Source: Candidatus Latescibacterota bacterium (lineage in GTDB: Bacteria; Latescibacterota; UBA2968; UBA8231). Taken from it: a DNA stretch of 64,000 nt. The translations under genes were made by a program, and so were the position numbers. The notes beneath the pieces were generated by a model. That model was not told where the DNA came from and did not search any database. It saw only the letters and a list, made by a program, of their open reading frames with translations. Of this stretch, positions 58,528 to 64,000 are shown piece by piece. The stretch lies in the NCBI GenBank assembly GCA_965206595.1, contig OZ242214.1, positions 5,536,001 to 5,600,000 of the forward strand, read 5' to 3'. Every line of letters starts with the position of its first letter. Within the stretch, counting starts at the first letter, position 1.

Positions 58528-59301
58528 TCAGGGAAACCCGCGAAGACCCAGCTTCAAGGCCGCTGCCCGCGACAGCAGTCCGATCGCCCCGCCGAAGAGG
58601 TTGCCCCAGACGATCAGCCAGCCCAGGTGCTCGCGGATCACCTCCTCCATCATCCTTTTCACCGTCTCCGGGCTGAGCTCCTCGAGCTTGGTGCGCAGCA
58701 GCTCGTCGACCTTGGCGCGCAGCGCGGGGATGTCGATGCCAGCGCCGATTCTTTCCCGCAACTGCGGCTCGATGTCGGCCAGCAGGCCGGTGGTGAACTG
58801 GATGACGATGGTGCGCAGGATGTCGTTGCCCGCCATCCTGATCATCATGCCGAACGGCCCCTCCTTGAGCTTGTCGAGCTCGCGGTCGATCGCCTCCCGT
58901 GCCTCTTCCGACTCGACGAACTCGGCGAACCGGGCGGCGAGATCCGGGCCGGCTCCCAGGCCTCCTCCCTGCTCGCTGAAGAACCGGCGCAGGTATTCCT
59001 CGTTGAAGAAGTGCGCCATGATGAGGTCCTTGATGGCGGCGCGGATCTCGCGGAAGCGGTTGGGAATGACTCCGGACCCCCACAGCAGGGGCACCTTGTC
59101 GAAGAGCATCTTGACGGCCAGCCAGTTGGTGATGCCGCCGGCGAACCCGAACAGCCCCGCCGCCAGGATCCAGGGTCCGAGCGCGGTCCAGGCGGAGGGC
59201 CCGGCCCCCGCCGCGGCGTCGCTGCTGGCGACGACGCCGGCGACCAGCAGGGCAAACGATGCGAGGTTGCTTGCCCGCCCTTTCTCGATGCCTCTCCTCA
59301 T
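58528..59301 (-). CDS. DUF445-family membrane protein
   Basis: GGITNWLAVKMLF...GVIP and EHLGWLIVWGNLFGGAIG; ATGA overlap with ddl. Confidence 0.8.
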   Translation of the reverse strand: MRRGIEKGRASNLASFALLVAGVVASSDAAAGAGPSAWTALGPWILAAGLFGFAGGITNWLAVKMLFDKVPLLWGSGVIPNRFREIRAAIKDLIMAHFFNEEYLRRFFSEQGGGLGAGPDLAARFAEFVESEEAREAIDRELDKLKEGPFGMMIRMAGNDILRTIVIQFTTGLLADIEPQLRERIGAGIDIPALRAKVDELLRTKLEELSPETVKRMMEEVIREHLGWLIVWGNLFGGAIGLLSRAAALKLGLRGFP

Positions 59302-60398
59302 CGCAGGGTGGTCGTGTCCCGCCGGTCCCCGTGGCGCTCCAGGGCCAGCTCGATCAGCCGGTCGATCAGCTCGGAGTAACCGACGCCGCTCGCCTCCCAG
59401 AGCTTGGGATACATGCTGATCTCCGTAAAACCTGGCAGGGTGTTGATTTCGTTGACCAGCACCGTTTCCTCGGGGCCGGGAATGAAGAAGTCCACTCTCG
59501 CCAGGCCGGAAGCGTCGATAGCCAGGAAGGCCCGCCGCGCCACCTCGCGCACGCGCGCCGCGGTCTCCGGTCTGAGATCGGCCGGGATGATCAGCTCGGA
59601 GCCGTCGTCGATGTACTTGGCCTCGTAGTCGTAGAACTCGTTGCCCGGAACGACCTCGCCGATCGCCGAGACCACCGGGTCCTCGTAGCCGAGTACCGAG
59701 CACTCGACCTCGCGGCAGTTCTCGATTCCCGCCTCGATGACGATTTTGCGATCGTAGCGGGCCGCCTCCTCCATCGCCGGGGCGAACCCGGCTCCGTCGT
59801 GGACCTTCGATATGCCGACGCTCGATCCCATGTTCGCCGGCTTGACGAAAACGGGCCAGGACAACTCCCGTTCGACCTCGGTCCGGACCTTCTCCGGCTG
59901 CGAGCGCCAGCGGCTGCGCAACACAGCGACGTATTCACCTTGCGGCAGTCCCTCTGCCCGGAACACCCGCTTCATCATCTCCTTGTCCATGCCGACCGCG
60001 GAACCCAGCACGCCGGAGCCGACGTAGGCGATGCCGGCCAGCTCCAGCAGGCCCTGCACGGTGCCGTCCTCACCGTAGGGGCCGTGCAGAATCGGGAAGA
60101 TGACGTCGACCGCGCCCGCGCTCCCCATGCCGGTCCCGCTGCGCATCATCAGCTCCCCGCCGTCGTGGTGGTCGAGGACGAGCGGGGCCAGGCCGGTCCG
60201 GTTCACCGCTCCTTCCTCCAGCACCTTGGCGGCGTCTCCTGCGGCGAGCCAGCGCCCGTCCCGGTCAATGCCGATCATCGTCACGTCGTATTTGCCGCGG
60301 TCCAGCGCCTCGAGAACCGAGCGGGCCGAGCGCACCGACACCTCGTGCTCTGCCGAGCGTCCCCCGAACAGAATTCCGACGCGGATTTTGTCGTCCAA
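59298..60398 (-). CDS. ddl: D-alanine--D-alanine ligase
   Basis: FGGRSAEHEVS, HGPYGEDG, KPANMGSSVG, FYDYEAKY (D-Ala-D-Ala-type Tyr) and NEINTLPGFT. Confidence 0.95.
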   Translation of the reverse strand: MDDKIRVGILFGGRSAEHEVSVRSARSVLEALDRGKYDVTMIGIDRDGRWLAAGDAAKVLEEGAVNRTGLAPLVLDHHDGGELMMRSGTGMGSAGAVDVIFPILHGPYGEDGTVQGLLELAGIAYVGSGVLGSAVGMDKEMMKRVFRAEGLPQGEYVAVLRSRWRSQPEKVRTEVERELSWPVFVKPANMGSSVGISKVHDGAGFAPAMEEAARYDRKIVIEAGIENCREVECSVLGYEDPVVSAIGEVVPGNEFYDYEAKYIDDGSELIIPADLRPETAARVREVARRAFLAIDASGLARVDFFIPGPEETVLVNEINTLPGFTEISMYPKLWEASGVGYSELIDRLIELALERHGDRRDTTTLR

Positions 60399-60535
60399 CC
60401 GTAGCTTCCTTTCCTTCTTTCGACCGGGTCGGACACAGGTGCCCGGCCGACTTTCCAAATATAGGGGAACGGCGTTTTTCCCTGCCGCGGCGGATCCGCT
60501 CCGCGGCGGTCTCCAGCCGGAGGTTTGTCACCGTC

Positions 60536-60985
60536 ATGGCCGCGTGCCTGTTCTGCGATATTGTCGCCGGCCGGCTCGATGCCGAGGTCGTCTACGAGGA
60601 CGAGGCCGCCATCGCCTTCCTCGACCACCGGCCGCTGTTCCCGGGCCACGTGCTGGTGTCGCCGCGCCAACACTGCGAGACGCTGCCCGACCTGCCGGCG
60701 ATCCGCCTCGCCCCGATCTTCGCCGCGGTGCAGCTGCTGGCGCGCGCCGTGGAACGCGGCCTCGACGCCGGCGGCAGCTTCGTGGCCATCAACAACAAGG
60801 TCAGCCAGAGCGTGCCCCACCTGCACGTGCACGTGGTGCCCCGTACCCGGGGAGACGGCCTGCGCGGCTTCTTCTGGCCGCGCCGTCCCTACGACGATGA
60901 CGAACACGCCGCGGCCGTGGCCGCGCGTCTGCGGGAGGCCGTCGCCGAACTGCAGGCGGAAACCGAAAGGGAAGGGGCAGGATGA
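60536..60985 (+). CDS. HIT-family hydrolase
   Basis: CLFC, AFLDHRP..PGHVLV and QSVPHLHVHVVPR. Confidence 0.92.
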   Translation: MAACLFCDIVAGRLDAEVVYEDEAAIAFLDHRPLFPGHVLVSPRQHCETLPDLPAIRLAPIFAAVQLLARAVERGLDAGGSFVAINNKVSQSVPHLHVHVVPRTRGDGLRGFFWPRRPYDDDEHAAAVAARLREAVAELQAETEREGAG

Positions 60986-61779
60986 TCCGCTACAGCTACA
61001 TGATCGTCGATCCGGTCTCGGCGTTTGCCGATGAGGAGCTTCCCCGGCTCTTCGACTTCGTGCGTGCCTGCGGGTACGAGGGGGTCGAGCTCAACTATTC
61101 CAGGGAGCTGGGGGCGGCGCTCGACCGCGTCCGCGGCCATGCCGTGGAATCGGGTCTCGCGATTCCGTCGATCCTGACCGGCAGGGGGTACGGAGAGGGG
61201 TTCTGCCTGTGCCATCCTGACGCCGGGGTCCGCGGCGCCGCGGTCGCCTACCTGGTCGAGCTGCTCGACGTCGCCGTCGAGTGCGGCTCGATCCTGGTGA
61301 TAGGCCTGCTCCAGGGTCTGCGCAGCGACGAGCCCGACCCGGAAGTCGCCCAGGTCCGTATCGCCGGCTGCCTGCGGGAAGTCGCCGCGGCGGCCGAAGA
61401 GAAGGGCGTCGAGCTGGTAATCGAGCCGATCAACCACCTTCAGGTCGGCTTCAACAACTCGGTCGCCGAGGTCTGCGCCCTCGCCGCGGAGGTCGCCTCG
61501 CCGGCGCTCGGTCCGATGGTCGACACGATCCACATGAACATCGAGGATTCCTCCCTGACGCAGCCGATCCGCGACTGCGGCGCCGACCTCAGGCACGTCC
61601 ATCTCTGCGAGAGCAACGGCGGCCTGTTCGGAAGCGGCAACATCGACTTCGGGCCGGTTCTGAAGGCGCTCGGCGAGATCGGCTACGGCCGTTTCGCCTC
61701 GGTCAAGGTCTATCGCAACGCCACCCACCGGGAGGCGGCGCGAACCAGCATCGAATACTTGCGCCGGCTCGGCGACTGA
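60982..61779 (+). CDS. Sugar-phosphate isomerase/epimerase (xylose-isomerase-like TIM barrel)
   Basis: GYEGVEL, IEPINH, DTIHMNIED, HVHLCESN and GSGNIDF. Confidence 0.85.
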   Translation: MIRYSYMIVDPVSAFADEELPRLFDFVRACGYEGVELNYSRELGAALDRVRGHAVESGLAIPSILTGRGYGEGFCLCHPDAGVRGAAVAYLVELLDVAVECGSILVIGLLQGLRSDEPDPEVAQVRIAGCLREVAAAAEEKGVELVIEPINHLQVGFNNSVAEVCALAAEVASPALGPMVDTIHMNIEDSSLTQPIRDCGADLRHVHLCESNGGLFGSGNIDFGPVLKALGEIGYGRFASVKVYRNATHREAARTSIEYLRRLGD

Positions 61780-61973
61780 GCCCGGTGGGGGCCGCCGCGG
61801 CAGTGGTGTGAGCCGTCCGAATCGGTTACTGTTGTGCCTTCCCGCTTGGCGCCGGTTTCCCGCAATACGATGCCGGCCGCGGGAAGCGGCGACGGCTCGC
61901 ATGCTGCCCGGTTTCGTCCGGCTCCGGCCGGCAGCCCTACCACGGAGCTCGAAATAACCAGGAGTGAGAAAGA

Positions 61974-63053
61974 ATGGCCCGGGATTGGCTCCTTTTCGCC
62001 GGCACCTACACCGAAAACACCGACAGCAAGGGGATCTACACCTACCGCTTCGACGAAGAGAGCGGCGCCGTCGAGGCCACCGGGGAGGTCGCCGAGGTGG
62101 TCAACCCCTCTTTTCTGGCGCTCGATCCGCAGTGCCGCTGCCTCTACGCGATCGCCGAAGTCAGCGAGTACGAAGGTACCCCCGGCGGCGGGGCGCTCGC
62201 CTATTCCATCGACCCGGGCTCCGGCGCCCTGACCCCGATCAACCACCAGTCCACCGTCGGCCCCGGCCCCTGCCACCTCGTCGTCGAGGCCAGCGGCCGC
62301 TATGTGCTCGCCGCCAACTACGGGGGCGGCAGCGTGTCGATGCTGCCGATACGGGAGGACGGCGGTCTCGGACCGGCCTCCGACTTCGTGCAGCACGAGG
62401 GCTCCAGCATCGACCCCGAGCGGCAGCAGGAGCCGCACGCGCACTCGATCTTCAACGACCCGGGCAACGCCCACGCGTACGTCTCCGACCTCGGCATCGA
62501 CAAGGTGCTCGTCTACGATCTCGACCTCGACGCCGGGCGCCTGGTCCCCGGCGGCCACCACGGCGCCGTCCCCCCGGGGTCCGGGCCGCGGCACTTCGAC
62601 TTCCACCCCAACGGCAGGTTCGCGTACGCGATCAACGAGCTGACCAACACCGTCACCGTCTACGACTACGACGCCGGCAGCGGCCGCATCGACGCGGTCG
62701 AGACGGTATCGACCCTGCCCGGCGACTTCACCGGCACCAGCCATACCGCCGACGTCCACGTCACCGCCTCTGGCCGCTTCCTCTACGGCTCCAACCGCGG
62801 CCACGACAGCCTGGCGATGTTCGCCATCGACCAGGAGAGCGGCCGGCTCGAGTTCATCGGAACCGAGCCGACCCAGGGGCCCAACCCGCGCAACTTCGCC
62901 ATCGATCCGACCGACCGCTTCGTCCTGGCCGCCAACCACAACGGCGACAACATCGTCACCTTCCGCATAGACCAGCAGTCGGGAAGGCTCGAGCCGACCG
63001 GGGATTCGGCCTATGCCCCGGCCCCTGTCTGCCTGAAATTCATGCCGGTGTAG
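61974..63053 (+). CDS. pgl: 6-phosphogluconolactonase-type 7-bladed lactonase
   Basis: GTYT, NPSFLA, AANYGGG, PHAHS, GSGPRH, SNRGHDS and PRNF. Confidence 0.85.
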   Translation: MARDWLLFAGTYTENTDSKGIYTYRFDEESGAVEATGEVAEVVNPSFLALDPQCRCLYAIAEVSEYEGTPGGGALAYSIDPGSGALTPINHQSTVGPGPCHLVVEASGRYVLAANYGGGSVSMLPIREDGGLGPASDFVQHEGSSIDPERQQEPHAHSIFNDPGNAHAYVSDLGIDKVLVYDLDLDAGRLVPGGHHGAVPPGSGPRHFDFHPNGRFAYAINELTNTVTVYDYDAGSGRIDAVETVSTLPGDFTGTSHTADVHVTASGRFLYGSNRGHDSLAMFAIDQESGRLEFIGTEPTQGPNPRNFAIDPTDRFVLAANHNGDNIVTFRIDQQSGRLEPTGDSAYAPAPVCLKFMPV

Positions 63054-63080
63054 ACGATCCCGCTACAGGAGGCCGACCCC

Positions 63081-63238
63081 ATGGCACACACCTATGACGA
63101 GCTGCCATCAAGAGGCAGATCAGGGCGCTGAAGGTCGAGCGGGACGCCGCCATGCAGGCCAGGGACAAGAAGAAGCTGAAGGAAGTGCGCAGGGAAATTC
63201 ATCGACTCAAGCACAGGATTCACAAAGCCACAGTCTGA
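63081..63238 (+). pseudogene. Small basic helical protein gene with an apparent internal deletion/frameshift
   Basis: RBS AGGAGG, then MAHTYDEL, then a frame switch at ~63104 to AIKRQIRALKVERDAAMQARDKKKLKEVRREIHRLKHRIHKATV*. Confidence 0.55.
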
Positions 63239-63273
63239 TCCGCCGCAAGCGGACGTATCGAGGAGAGCGACCC

Positions 63274-64000
63274 ATCAGACCGAACAAGCTCCGCCAGCTG
63301 CTCAACGAGGACAAACCTTCCCTCGGCACCCACATCCATTCGACCTGGCCGTCGATCGTCGAAGCGGTCGGCCACGCCGGGCACTACGACTACGTCGAAT
63401 TCGTCGCCGAGTACGGCCCCTTCGATCTCTACGCCTTCGACGATCTCGCCCGCGCCGCCGAGCTCCACGGCCTCGACAGCATGGTCAAGGTCGACCAGGA
63501 GCCGCGCGGGTTCATCGCCCAGCGCGCCATCGGCTCCGGGTTCGGATCGGTGCTTTTCGCCGACTGCCAGAACACCGACGACGTCAGGGAGTGCGTGAAG
63601 ATCGCGCGCCCCGACACCCCCGAGGACAAGGGCAGCTACGGCGTCGCCACCCGGCGCTTCTCCTACATGGGGTACGGCGGCGGCCCGGAATACGTCGAGG
63701 CTCTGCGGCAGATCGTCGTCGTCATCATGATCGAGAAGGCCGGCACCGTCGCCAATCTCGAGGAGGCGCTCTCCGTGGAGGGGGTCGACATGATCCAGTG
63801 GGGCGGCGGGGACTACTCGATGAGCGTCGGCAAGGCGGGCGAGCGGGGCTCGCCGGAGATCATGGCGACCGAGAAGAGGGTGTTCGAGACGGCGCTGCAG
63901 ATGGGGGTGCCCCCGCGCGCCGAGGTCAACAGCATCGACCACGCCAGGTACTACCTCGACATGGGCGTCAAGCACTTCTGCATCGGCACCGACATCGCCA
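63274..64000 (+). CDS. HpcH/HpaI aldolase/citrate-lyase-family protein (runs off the window); apparent ATC start
   Basis: RBS GAGGAG, then ATC-RPNKLRQLLNEDKPSLGTH; YDYVEFVAEYG, VIMIEK and GVDMIQWGGGDYSMSVG. Confidence 0.8.
   Translation, partial: MRPNKLRQLLNEDKPSLGTHIHSTWPSIVEAVGHAGHYDYVEFVAEYGPFDLYAFDDLARAAELHGLDSMVKVDQEPRGFIAQRAIGSGFGSVLFADCQNTDDVRECVKIARPDTPEDKGSYGVATRRFSYMGYGGGPEYVEALRQIVVVIMIEKAGTVANLEEALSVEGVDMIQWGGGDYSMSVGKAGERGSPEIMATEKRVFETALQMGVPPRAEVNSIDHARYYLDMGVKHFCIGTDIA

Overview
GC-rich chromosomal segment of a diderm bacterium. The combination of lolA/lolCD, bamA-skp-fabZ, mcsA-mcsB-clpC and several PNPFNP/FlgD-Ig 'T9SS-like tail' proteins points to an FCB-superphylum lineage outside Bacteroidota. 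Latescibacterota/Gemmatimonadota-like is the best guess, and the eukaryote-like YWTD repeats suggest a host-associated lifestyle such as a sponge symbiont; both are inference. The first ~24 kb is a cell-surface block: glycan genes (GT-C remnant, methyltransferase with a kinase-like tail, Wzx flippase, epimerase, GT2, GT4, YfhO-type GT-C), a hisG-hisD-hisB sub-operon led by a HEAT-repeat lipoprotein, a dockerin-bearing LDL-receptor-class-B (YWTD) repeat protein, and a very large dockerin/cohesin/FlgD-Ig surface protein gene. That gene has tandem sigma70-like promoters, and its 5' ~3 kb is broken by many frameshifts. The rest is mostly housekeeping: moaDE, tsaD, ftsK-lolA, prfB with its programmed frameshift, lolCD-mcsAB-clpC-bamA-skp-fabZ-pyrB, rnd, proA, htpG, ddl and a lactonase. 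The best candidates for new biology are (i) a non-cellulosomal cohesin-dockerin surface display system linked to a T9SS-like tail and local glycosylation genes, (ii) a ribosomal protein bS21 with a 7x GGYGSGSG/RGG low-complexity tail, and (iii) a CtsR-less McsAB-ClpC module embedded among outer-membrane biogenesis genes. No rRNA, tRNA, CRISPR array, integrase or transposase was recognised. All calls come from reading the sequence by eye; no searches were run.
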